Below are positions 27,472 through 35,169 of a stretch of 64,000 nt of DNA, one piece after another; the first letter of the stretch is position 1; each line of letters opens with the position of its first letter. The position numbers were made by a program, and so were the translations under genes. The notes under the pieces were generated by a model. That model had not been told where the DNA came from and searched no databases. It worked only from the letters and a program-made list of their open reading frames with translations. The DNA is from Methanobacteriota archaeon (lineage in GTDB: Archaea > Thermoplasmatota > Thermoplasmata > SG8-5 > JAGLSY01): contig JAEHCQ010000004.1 in assembly GCA_020696385.1 (NCBI GenBank), positions 32,001 to 96,000 on the forward strand, read 5' to 3'.

Positions 27472-29144
27472 ACCTGATCCCTCTGGCTCTTCCTTTCTTC
27501 TATGGTGAAGCTTATTCCGCATTCTGGACATTCAATGTTTTCTTCCTTAATGCTGAATCCACATACTGGACAGCCCCACCCAGTTTCCTGTATCTCACTT
27601 TTATCGAACCATTCCTTTGCCAGTGAGGGATCTATCTCCACAGCCTTGTCAAAGCATTTTCTGGAATCGTCCGTATTACCTTCAGTGAAGAGAAGTCTGG
27701 ACATCTCGAACCACGCGCTCGAGTTCTTTGGATGTATCTCTATCGCCCTCTGGAAACTTTGCATCCCCTTGTCGATCTCTCTCTTGCCAATGAATTCCAA
27801 TCCCTTACTTACCCAATTCTGGCTCTTTCTCTCGACTATTTTTTTAGAATATTCAACAGAATGAACATATTCATAGATCTTGGCAGATACATTATTATCG
27901 ACCCCTGGCACACTTTCCAGCTCCGCCTTCTCCGCCTTCTCAAGCTTTTCCATATTGCTGAAGCCGAACTCGACAAGCTTTTCAGCGATCTTCTTGTCAA
28001 TTGCAGGAATATCCTGAAGGTCCTTGAGAATGGTGCTCGCACCCCTGGTTCCGGAAACAATCTCCAGTCCTTTCTTCGTTACCTTGACACGATGAACATT
28101 CTGGTCGAATTTCATACCAGAGAATGCCTCCACCTGGAGTGTGAGTTCGCCTTTGCCACTCTTTTTAATGACCACTACACCATCTGAAAGATGCTTCAGG
28201 GTGGACAATGTCCTTTCATCATGTGCCCCACTCTCAACCACCAAGAGTGTGGTGAATCCCTTCGCTTTCAGCATGTTCTTCTCTTTCTGAATGAACTCGA
28301 TCACCGTGGATTGGTCATATATATTGAGTGCGGGTGAGATCACATCAAGCATCGCTCTCTTTGTAGGGGCGAAAGATAGCTTATTGATGGCCGTTCCTAT
28401 TGCGATATCGAGATTGGTGATATCCTTGGATACCTTGGATACGTTTCCATCATCTTCGATACCCACCAGATTCTCTTTTTTATACGAATACCAATCAATG
28501 GTCTTCAGTAAGCCACGGCTTTCGAATGTGGATGGTTTGATCTTCAATTTTGAAAGGTTATTCTTCATTCCTTTATGATCGGTGACAGATGTGCTGACAA
28601 GGCATGCTGCCCCATCCCTCAATCCCTGAATGATGTATTGATACGCAAATATGTATTTTTCACTTCCTGGCGGTCCCAATAACAATATGGTATTGCCCTT
28701 TGGCACTCCGCCTCCCAGAACCTTATCCAATCCACCAATCCCTGAATCCAGGTTATTTCTCAGGCCGCCTTTTAGAATATGCCTCTCAATATCCAGTGAG
28801 ATGAATTGTGATTTGAATTGATTCCTCACTCTCATTACGGAATCATAGGCCTCCTGGTAAGCCTTCTGATCACCTTTGGTGATAGCAGAAACAGCGATCA
28901 AGGAATCGAAGACCTTGCTCATGGTCATTACAATATCCTCTATGGTCCATTCTCTGAGATCCATGGATGTCTGGCCATCATCGTTTATATTGACACCTTT
29001 CAGTATGCTGAGTGTTTCAGCCATCTTCTGGATCTTCTTCACATGAAGAAGAATACTTCCATCCTTGGAGAGGCTCTGAAGATAGTCTGAGAAAAGACGC
29101 TCAAAGACTATCGAAGCCTCGGCGGACGGGTTTGCTGGTGTTAT
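27468..29144 (-). CDS. Helical N-domain + degenerate KaiC-like domain + HhH + TPR + zinc ribbon; start ATA 29144 or GTG 29042
   Basis: SGIGGLDKVLGGGVPKG, GPPGSEKY, HhH LQDIPAID...LESVPGVD, TPR AIEIHPKNSSAW, CPVC..CPEC. Confidence 0.82.
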   Translation of the reverse strand: MTPANPSAEASIVFERLFSDYLQSLSKDGSILLHVKKIQKMAETLSILKGVNINDDGQTSMDLREWTIEDIVMTMSKVFDSLIAVSAITKGDQKAYQEAYDSVMRVRNQFKSQFISLDIERHILKGGLRNNLDSGIGGLDKVLGGGVPKGNTILLLGPPGSEKYIFAYQYIIQGLRDGAACLVSTSVTDHKGMKNNLSKLKIKPSTFESRGLLKTIDWYSYKKENLVGIEDDGNVSKVSKDITNLDIAIGTAINKLSFAPTKRAMLDVISPALNIYDQSTVIEFIQKEKNMLKAKGFTTLLVVESGAHDERTLSTLKHLSDGVVVIKKSGKGELTLQVEAFSGMKFDQNVHRVKVTKKGLEIVSGTRGASTILKDLQDIPAIDKKIAEKLVEFGFSNMEKLEKAEKAELESVPGVDNNVSAKIYEYVHSVEYSKKIVERKSQNWVSKGLEFIGKREIDKGMQSFQRAIEIHPKNSSAWFEMSRLLFTEGNTDDSRKCFDKAVEIDPSLAKEWFDKSEIQETGWGCPVCGFSIKEENIECPECGISFTIEERKSQRDQV

Positions 29145-29337
29145 CTAATAGCCTCCCGTTGCGCTGTTTATACAATCAATAATGGACTAACTGATAATAA
29201 AGATTACCTTAACAATATTCAGCTAATTTTTAGTTAGTTAATTATAAGGATTCAATCGTATATCCTGTATAGGATCGAGTGGAGATCATCTGTAATTCTA
29301 ATTTCCATGACGATTCCAAATCAAAAGAGGGTTCATC

Positions 29338-30048
29338 ATGCTATTGGAGGAAATGACCACTGAAGAGATAAGAGAAAGAGTGAATGAGAGCTCGATAGCT
29401 CTATTGCCTTTAGGAGCAATAGAGGAGCATGGGCCACACCTGCCGCTATCAACCGATTGTCTGCAACCCCAGTATGTTGCAGAGGTCGTATCTGAACGAT
29501 TGGGAGCTTATCTCCTTCCAATTCTGAAATACGGGCAGTGTTCGAGCACCAAGAACTTTCCAGGCACTATAACACTCAGATTCGAGACTTTGAGGATGAT
29601 AATGGAAGACATCCTGTCCGAGCTTATCAGGATGGGCTTCAGGAATATTGTCGTACTCTCAGGACATGCTGGACGAACCCATATGACCGCGCTCAAGCTT
29701 GCAGGTGAAACAGTTCTGGAAGCTCACGAAGAAGATGTCAATCTCATGGTACTTTCTGATTATGACATCGCGTACACGATGAACGAGATCGAGATCCCGG
29801 TCAATGACGGACACGCGGGTATGATCGAGACTTCGAGGGTCATGGCCATACGCCCAGATCTGGTAAAGGGAACTGCCGAGTCCAATCATCCAAATTTTCC
29901 GCCTTTTATGATATTGAAGCACCCTGAGAAATACTTCCCAACTGGTGTCATGGGCGATCCCCAGCTCGCCTCGAAGGAGTTCGGAGAGAGGGCCAATGAG
30001 GTCATTATTGGTAGACTGGTTGAGATGATACAAAATATGGTAAAATAA
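29338..30048 (+). CDS. Creatininase-family amidohydrolase
   Basis: PLGAIEEHGPHLPLSTD, SGHAG, HAGMIETS, GVMGDP. Confidence 0.93.
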   Translation: MLLEEMTTEEIRERVNESSIALLPLGAIEEHGPHLPLSTDCLQPQYVAEVVSERLGAYLLPILKYGQCSSTKNFPGTITLRFETLRMIMEDILSELIRMGFRNIVVLSGHAGRTHMTALKLAGETVLEAHEEDVNLMVLSDYDIAYTMNEIEIPVNDGHAGMIETSRVMAIRPDLVKGTAESNHPNFPPFMILKHPEKYFPTGVMGDPQLASKEFGERANEVIIGRLVEMIQNMVK

Positions 30049-30077
30049 GGTGCGAGGGACCGGATTCAAACGGAAGC

Positions 30078-30167
30078 CTTTTCTTTTACGCTCACTGCGC
30101 TGGGTCACCCTCCAAAAGAACAAGTATTCCATTGCAAAAGAAAACTCGGGTGACCCTGCTCGTTCGC
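30078..30167 (-). ncRNA. Structured element copy 1 (candidate ncRNA or REP-like element)
   Basis: CTGCGCT-GGGTCACCC...GGGTGACCC-TGCTCG with complementary T- and A-tracts; strand is inferred. Confidence 0.5.
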
Positions 30168-30256
30168 TTCATACCTTTGCTGTATATGTGTGAAATACAG
30201 TTTGCTCTATCAAAAAATAAAGATAAGGTGCGAGGGACCGGATTCAGAACGTAAGT

Positions 30257-30394
30257 CTTTTTTTATTCTCACTGCGCTGGCTCTGGCTCATAGAATCAAA
30301 TCCATTATATGTTTTTGATAAAATAGATGCGCAAAATCGCGCATCTAAAAAAAAGAATTACATTAGAAAAAACTCGCCAGAGCATGCTCGCTCG
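30257..30394 (-). ncRNA. Structured element copy 2
   Basis: CTGCGCT-GGCTCTGGC...GCCAGAGCA-TGCTCG; internal hairpin TAGATGCGC/GCGCATCTA at 30324-30347. Confidence 0.45.
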
Positions 30395-30409
30395 AAGATA
30401 GTATGAAGG

Positions 30410-30542
30410 TGCGAGGGACCGGATTTGAACCGGCGAACCACTAAGGAATAGATCTTGAGTCTATCGCCGTTAGCCTTGATTGCAAACGCTGTTGATTCGT
30501 CAGTGGTTGCAGGTCAATTTGACCATGCTTAGCTACCCTCGC
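30410..30542 (-). tRNA. tRNA-Leu(CAA) with a ~49-nt intron in the D-loop (about 30470-30518)
   Basis: Acceptor GCGAGGG/CCCTCGC-A, anticodon arm ATAGA-CTCAAGA-TCTAT, long variable arm, GGTTCAAATCC; relaxed BHB GGTC-AAA-TTGA...TCAA-GGCT-AAC. Confidence 0.9.
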
Positions 30543-30654
30543 ATATTTTTATCGTGGATGTTAAGGTGATATCCATCATCATTTTAAAGGTTTTGACAAA
30601 AAACATATCAAACCACATAAATAAATACCACTTCATCAATCCCCAAAATACCGC

Positions 30655-30796
30655 GGGCCGGTGGTCTAGGGGTTATGGAATGGCAAGTTCGCTTCCATCC
30701 CACTCCATCTGACGTCGCCCTTACATTTGCATGTCAGATATTTCTGGCATGCAATCAGCAAGGCGAAGATCGGCGGTTCAAATCCGCCTCGGCCCA
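30655..30796 (+). tRNA. tRNA-Val(TAC) with two introns (D-arm about 30676-30709; canonical 37/38 at 30726-30760)
   Basis: Acceptor GGGCCGG/TCGGCCC-A, TCGCC-CTTACA^A-GGCGA, GGTTCAAATCC; intron stem TTGCATGTCAGA/TCTGGCATGCAA. Confidence 0.9.
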
Positions 30797-30874
30797 CTAA
30801 TAATTTTTTGTTTATGTATCATTTTATGTCATAAAAGGTAAAACTTTATATCTATTGTATCTTAGGTGCTCGCG

Positions 30875-31870
30875 ATGACTAGCTTTGAAGGTAAGATAAG
30901 TGTAGGAGTTATAGGCGTTGGCTCAATGGGCCGAAACCATGCTCGTGTATATTCCGATATTGGTGTTCTGGATGCTATATCTGATGTGGATTTCAAGACA
31001 GTCAGTGAGCTCGCGGAGAAATTCGGGGCAAAGGCATACGAGGACTATCATGAACTTCTCGCCTCGGATATCGAAGCCGTATCCATAGCGACTCCGACTC
31101 TCACTCATTTTCAGATCGCGATGGATGCCATCAAGGCCGGGAAGCATGTGCTCATAGAGAAGCCAATATGCTCGACCATTGAGGAATCCCAGACACTGAT
31201 AAATGCAGCCAAAGAAGCGGATCTGACTCTAGCGGTCGGTCTTATCGAGAGGCACAATCCCGTCGTGAAATTTGGAAAAGAAGCCATCCAGTCAAAGAAG
31301 TTTGGCGATGTCGTGACCATAACCGCCAGGCGTGTCAGTTCTTTCCCTGCAAGGATACGGGATGTGGGAGTGGTCATGGATCTTGGTGTCCATGATATCG
31401 ATGCTCTTCGTTATCTCATAGGTAGTCCGATCAAGAGTGTTTATGCTCTTGGTGGAAAGCATGCCAATGATGTTTTCGAGGACCATGCGAATATACTTCT
31501 TGACTTCGAGGATGGCACTACTGGATTTATCGAAATAAACTGGCTGACACCCATGAAAGTGAGAAAACTTTCTCTAACTTGCACGAAGAACTTCGTCGAG
31601 CTTGATTATATTACTCAGAGTGCGAGGATATCATCCTCCCAGGTACGAGCATTTGACAATTCAGATATGTCGCACATCCCACTTGAATTCGATATACGTG
31701 ATATCTCACTTAGAAAGAAAGAACCTCTCATGAACGAGCTGGTGGATTTCCTGGAAGCGATTCGGGACAAAAGGGAACCGCTCGTATCTGGTGAGGACGG
31801 TCTGGAGACCATCAAGGTGTGCCAGGCCGCGATAGAATCTGTCAAGTCAGGACGAAAAATAGATCTATAG
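30875..31870 (+). CDS. Gfo/Idh/MocA oxidoreductase (WbpB-like nucleotide-sugar 3-dehydrogenase)
   Basis: [28 protein letters not shown]; followed by an acetyltransferase and an aminotransferase. Confidence 0.88.
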   Translation: MTSFEGKISVGVIGVGSMGRNHARVYSDIGVLDAISDVDFKTVSELAEKFGAKAYEDYHELLASDIEAVSIATPTLTHFQIAMDAIKAGKHVLIEKPICSTIEESQTLINAAKEADLTLAVGLIERHNPVVKFGKEAIQSKKFGDVVTITARRVSSFPARIRDVGVVMDLGVHDIDALRYLIGSPIKSVYALGGKHANDVFEDHANILLDFEDGTTGFIEINWLTPMKVRKLSLTCTKNFVELDYITQSARISSSQVRAFDNSDMSHIPLEFDIRDISLRKKEPLMNELVDFLEAIRDKREPLVSGEDGLETIKVCQAAIESVKSGRKIDL

Positions 31871-31886
31871 ATTTGGAGTGATTGAC

Positions 31887-32507
31887 ATGGGAAGGATACT
31901 TGGAGATACCAAATTAGGAAATGGAACCTATGTGGCCGAGACTGCTGTCGTCGGTCATCCTGGAAAGCATGACAAGGAACTTATGATATCTGGTCGCGAG
32001 AATGAGACTCGCGGTGCAGTACTTGGAGAGAACTGCGTCATAAGGGATTACACGATCATATACACGGATGTTAAAATGGGCGATAGATGCCAGACTGGCC
32101 ATCACGCTCTCATCCGGGAAGAAACAGAAATAGGCGATCAGGTCATAATCGGAACCAGCACGGTCATCGAGGATCAGTGCAAGATAGGAAACCGAACATC
32201 TATCCAGACAGGTGTTTACATACCAACTAACACGATAATTGGTGATGATGTTTTCATCGGACCACGCGCGTGCTTTACAAATGACAAGTACATGGGCCGT
32301 GGCGATATCAATCTGATAGGAGCCAGAGTCGGTGACCATGCCCGGATTGGTGCAAATACGACCATCCTGCCGGGCGTGAAGATCGGCAGGGACACAGTTA
32401 TTGGAGCTGGCGCGGTAGTCACGAAGGACGTGCCAGACTTCGCGATTGTGGCCGGCGTGCCAGCCAGACAAATAAGCGAAACACCAAAAGATCACAGGAG
32501 ACTGTAG
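31887..32507 (+). CDS. Hexapeptide-repeat N-acetyltransferase (WbpD-like)
   Basis: Left-handed beta-helix repeats, [24 protein letters not shown]. Confidence 0.9.
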   Translation: MGRILGDTKLGNGTYVAETAVVGHPGKHDKELMISGRENETRGAVLGENCVIRDYTIIYTDVKMGDRCQTGHHALIREETEIGDQVIIGTSTVIEDQCKIGNRTSIQTGVYIPTNTIIGDDVFIGPRACFTNDKYMGRGDINLIGARVGDHARIGANTTILPGVKIGRDTVIGAGAVVTKDVPDFAIVAGVPARQISETPKDHRRL

Positions 32508-32508
32508 A

Positions 32509-33567
32509 ATGATAAATGTAGCAAGCCCCCAGATAGGGGATGAAGAATTTGAAGCAGTAAAGGCCGTTATGCAATCCGGCATGCTGGCCCAGGGAAAGAA
32601 AGTCGCCGAATTGGAAGAAAAATTCGCCGAGTACTGCGGAGCCAAACACGGTATCGCGGTAGGAAACGGAACCCAGGCCCTTCACCTCGCCCTATTGTCA
32701 ATGGGCATCGGCAAGGGCGATGAAGTGATAACCACTCCTTTCAGCTTCGTGGCCAGTGCGACATCCATCTTATTCACAGGGGCTACTCCGGTCTTTGCGG
32801 ATATCGATCCAAAGACCTTCAATATCTCTCCGGATTCAATAGCCGAGAAGATCACTCCAAGAACCAAGGCCATCATGCCAGTCCATATTTTCGGATTATC
32901 AGCTGACATGGAAAAGATTAACAAGCTCGGTATCCAGCACGGATTAAAAGTCTTAGAAGATTCCTGCCAGGCTCACGGAGCTTCCATGAACGGGAAGACA
33001 ACTGGCTCGATGGGGGATGCAGCCTGTTTCAGCTTTTATCCAACAAAGAACATGACAACTGGCGAGGGCGGCATCATCACGACAAATGATGATGTGATAA
33101 ACGACCTGGCCAAGAAGTTCAGGAACCACGGCATGGCCGACCGCTATGTTTATGAATTCCTGGGATACAATTTCAGAATGACCGACATCGCGGCATCAAT
33201 CGGCGTGGTCCAGTTGGCCAAGCTGGAGCAGATGACGAAGGCCCGTATCGAAAACGCGGCTTACCTCACAGAAGGATTGAAAGCCAAGGGCATTGTCACT
33301 CCTTTCGTGCCGGATGGCTACCGCCACGTTTTCCACCAGTACACGATCAGAGTGCAGGATAGGGACAATGTCATCCAGAAGCTGAGGGATAATGGTGTGG
33401 GCTCGGGTGTGTATTACCCCAAATCTCTGCATAAGTTCGACCTGCTATCGGATTACGGTAGCGAGGGACTGGATAATTCGGATAAGGCCGCGGAAGAAGT
33501 CCTCAGCCTGCCGGTGCATCCGGGATTGACGAAGGAAGATCTGGATACGATTATTGGTGCGTTCTAG
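32509..33567 (+). CDS. DegT/DnrJ/EryC1/StrS aminotransferase (WbpE-like)
   Basis: NGTQALHLAL, EDSCQAHGA, FSFYPTKNMTTGEGG, GYNFRM, LSLPVHP. Confidence 0.93.
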   Translation: MINVASPQIGDEEFEAVKAVMQSGMLAQGKKVAELEEKFAEYCGAKHGIAVGNGTQALHLALLSMGIGKGDEVITTPFSFVASATSILFTGATPVFADIDPKTFNISPDSIAEKITPRTKAIMPVHIFGLSADMEKINKLGIQHGLKVLEDSCQAHGASMNGKTTGSMGDAACFSFYPTKNMTTGEGGIITTNDDVINDLAKKFRNHGMADRYVYEFLGYNFRMTDIAASIGVVQLAKLEQMTKARIENAAYLTEGLKAKGIVTPFVPDGYRHVFHQYTIRVQDRDNVIQKLRDNGVGSGVYYPKSLHKFDLLSDYGSEGLDNSDKAAEEVLSLPVHPGLTKEDLDTIIGAF

Positions 33568-33580
33568 ATTCGGTATTTAG

Positions 33581-33655
33581 CCCACCCCAAATTTTGGGAT
33601 AGCCCCCCACCCAGCTCCTGTGCTGGACATCCCCAACCCCCGATGTCCTGCTCGG
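33581..33655 (-). repeat. Structured element copy 3 (C/G-tract variant)
   Basis: CTGTGCT-GGACATC-CCCAACCCCC-GATGTCC-TGCTCG, preceded by C-tracts. Confidence 0.6.
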
Positions 33656-33657
33656 AG

Positions 33658-34155
33658 CTAAAGCTTATTATCGCCATCTATGATGCTAATATGTTTTGAG
33701 ACAATGATATCGAATTTCGGTGTGTCTGCGAATGCCCCCTCGTCTAAACCCAAATAGAAACTTTTTAAGAGCCCGGGAACTTTATTTCTCAGAACGATTA
33801 TGAAAAAATAATCAGGTTTTTTTTCTATATTGACCCCATTTTTATATTTGATATAATGCCTAGTTATAGTTTCAATATTGGACCAAGGAATAAAAACTTC
33901 TTTTCCAAAATGCTTATTCCCTGATGTAAATCCATTTTCATAGACTCGGACATAATCTAAATTGATCACAATGTAAAGGACAATAGTGGCTGGAAATAAA
34001 TAAAATGGCCAAATAGATACCTCAAGTACAAAACTAATTACTGACAAACCGAAGAGTACGGCCATCACTATCAGTACTTTATTTCGCATTTCTCTATGTT
34101 TATAAATAACTCGCCAATTTTTTGAAGAATCAATTAATAGCTTACCCCGGTCCAT
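33658..34155 (-). CDS. Hypothetical membrane protein (2 TM helices plus a small beta domain), AT-rich
   Basis: Two hydrophobic segments, then VRVYENGF...FIPWSNIETI (bacterial PH-like pattern). Confidence 0.65.
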   Translation of the reverse strand: MDRGKLLIDSSKNWRVIYKHREMRNKVLIVMAVLFGLSVISFVLEVSIWPFYLFPATIVLYIVINLDYVRVYENGFTSGNKHFGKEVFIPWSNIETITRHYIKYKNGVNIEKKPDYFFIIVLRNKVPGLLKSFYLGLDEGAFADTPKFDIIVSKHISIIDGDNKL

Positions 34156-34232
34156 ATATTATACAATACATTTTCTGTATTTAAATCAGTCTTGGGAAAT
34201 CCCTGGGTTATCCACAGATCAGTCCAGCACCA

Positions 34233-34322
34233 CTTTTTTCTTTTAACCCTCGCTGTGCTTGCTCACCCTCAAAAAGAAAAAAGACGGACAAATAAAGAAA
34301 CTCGGGTGAGCCTGCTCGCTCG
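34233..34322 (-). ncRNA. Structured element copy 4
   Basis: CTTTTTTCTTTT...CTGTGCT-TGCTCACCC-TC-AAAAAGAAAAAAG...CTC-GGGTGAGCC-TGCTCG. Confidence 0.5.
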
Positions 34323-34328
34323 GGATAT

Positions 34329-34389
34329 GCCCTAACCATCCCCTTCCCACGATGCCCCTGCGCTGGTCCCATCCCCAACGCCTGCTCGG
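34329..34389 (-). repeat. Structured element copy 5 (C/G-tract variant, short stem)
   Basis: CTGCGCT-GG-TCCCATCCCCAACG-CC-TGCTCG; shares CATCCCCAAC with copy 3. Confidence 0.5.
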
Positions 34390-34404
34390 TGTGCTAGATA
34401 TAAT

Positions 34405-34737
34405 TTATACCAAATCAGCATCGTCTAAATATTTAGGTATGTTTTTCTCAACTTGATTAGATAAGCCATCTATTATTGCTAAAAATCCTGGAGTCATTGC
34501 TGAAGGTATAACTTTCCCTTCTCCTCTAACTCTAATTAATAATCCAACCTCTTCAAGATTATTTACTCTTGTATTTATGGATTTGACTCCCTTCGTTTTT
34601 AAAATTCCTTGAATCTCATCTATAGATGAAGGGAGCATTTTTAATATTCTATAGTTCTTTTCATCAGACCCTACTCTAAAGACTGCTAATGTGTCTTTAA
34701 TTATCTGATTTTTTATCCATACTTCGTTTATTTTCAT
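34405..34737 (-). CDS. Small winged-helix DNA-binding protein
   Basis: YRILKMLPSSIDEIQGIL...SINTRVNNLEEVGLLIR. Confidence 0.7.
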   Translation of the reverse strand: MKINEVWIKNQIIKDTLAVFRVGSDEKNYRILKMLPSSIDEIQGILKTKGVKSINTRVNNLEEVGLLIRVRGEGKVIPSAMTPGFLAIIDGLSNQVEKNIPKYLDDADLV

Positions 34738-34834
34738 TGTTTCCCTTTTTAAAGCGTTTTTTAGCTTTTTTGATCACAATTTTAGTAATCTCCTGGGCCA
34801 CTATTTGCATAGCGGATATCATGATTTCATTCAT
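34697..34834 (-). CDS. 45-aa basic micro-protein (not in ORF track)
   Basis: MNEIMISAMQIVAQEITKIVIKKAKKRFKKGNNENKRSMDKKSDN; AGGAGG RBS; overlaps the wHTH start. Confidence 0.45.
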   Translation of the reverse strand: MNEIMISAMQIVAQEITKIVIKKAKKRFKKGNNENKRSMDKKSDN

Positions 34835-35056
34835 GTTTCAACCTCCTATGATTGTTGGATGGCCTCTCATCATCCAAAGAGGTGAAACATTAATCCGAAA
34901 CCTTTACGAAAGTTTCGTATTGCATATTTCCCTTCTATGAGAGACTAATGGATTTTTTTCGACGAGATCCATACTCGCGATCATTACTTTCCCCCCCAAG
35001 GCTACTAACCTTGGTGCAATAAACACTATGAAATATGAACTATTTAAATGTTCTCA

Positions 35057-35167
35057 TTGTAGTGAATGCTACAATCTTAAATATAGCCATGTACGTATCA
35101 ATAAATTCTCTCTGCTTAGTGAATGCTACAACACAAAGATTAATTAACTCGATATTAATTCACTAAG
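35057..35167. promoter_or_regulatory. Repeated operator-like sites between divergent islet genes
   Basis: TAGTGAATGCTACAA at 35060 and 35117 (first lies in the palindrome TTGTAG-N6-CTACAA); inverted ATTCACTAAG at 35158. Confidence 0.55.
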
Positions 35168-35169
35168 TG

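Larger units (their letters stand above)
30047..30425 (-). repeat. Tandem ~180-bp units each ending in the tRNA-Leu 3' end
   Basis: AAGGTGCGAGGGACCGGATT at 30047, 30225 and 30406 (spacings 178 and 181). Confidence 0.9.

Noticed and set aside
30047-30425. CRISPR array or prophage attL/attR interpretation of the 20-nt repeats
   Set aside because: Repeats equal the tRNA 3' end, spacers are about 160 nt and related to each other, and no cas, integrase or viral genes are in the window
30875-33567. Dehydrogenase-acetyltransferase-aminotransferase trio as a novel pathway
   Set aside because: Matches the established WbpB/WbpD/WbpE-type route to diacetamido uronic acids used in glycosylation
34737-34940. 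67-aa plus-strand ORF
   Set aside because: No RBS; it is antisense to a better-supported minus-strand micro-ORF with AGGAGG
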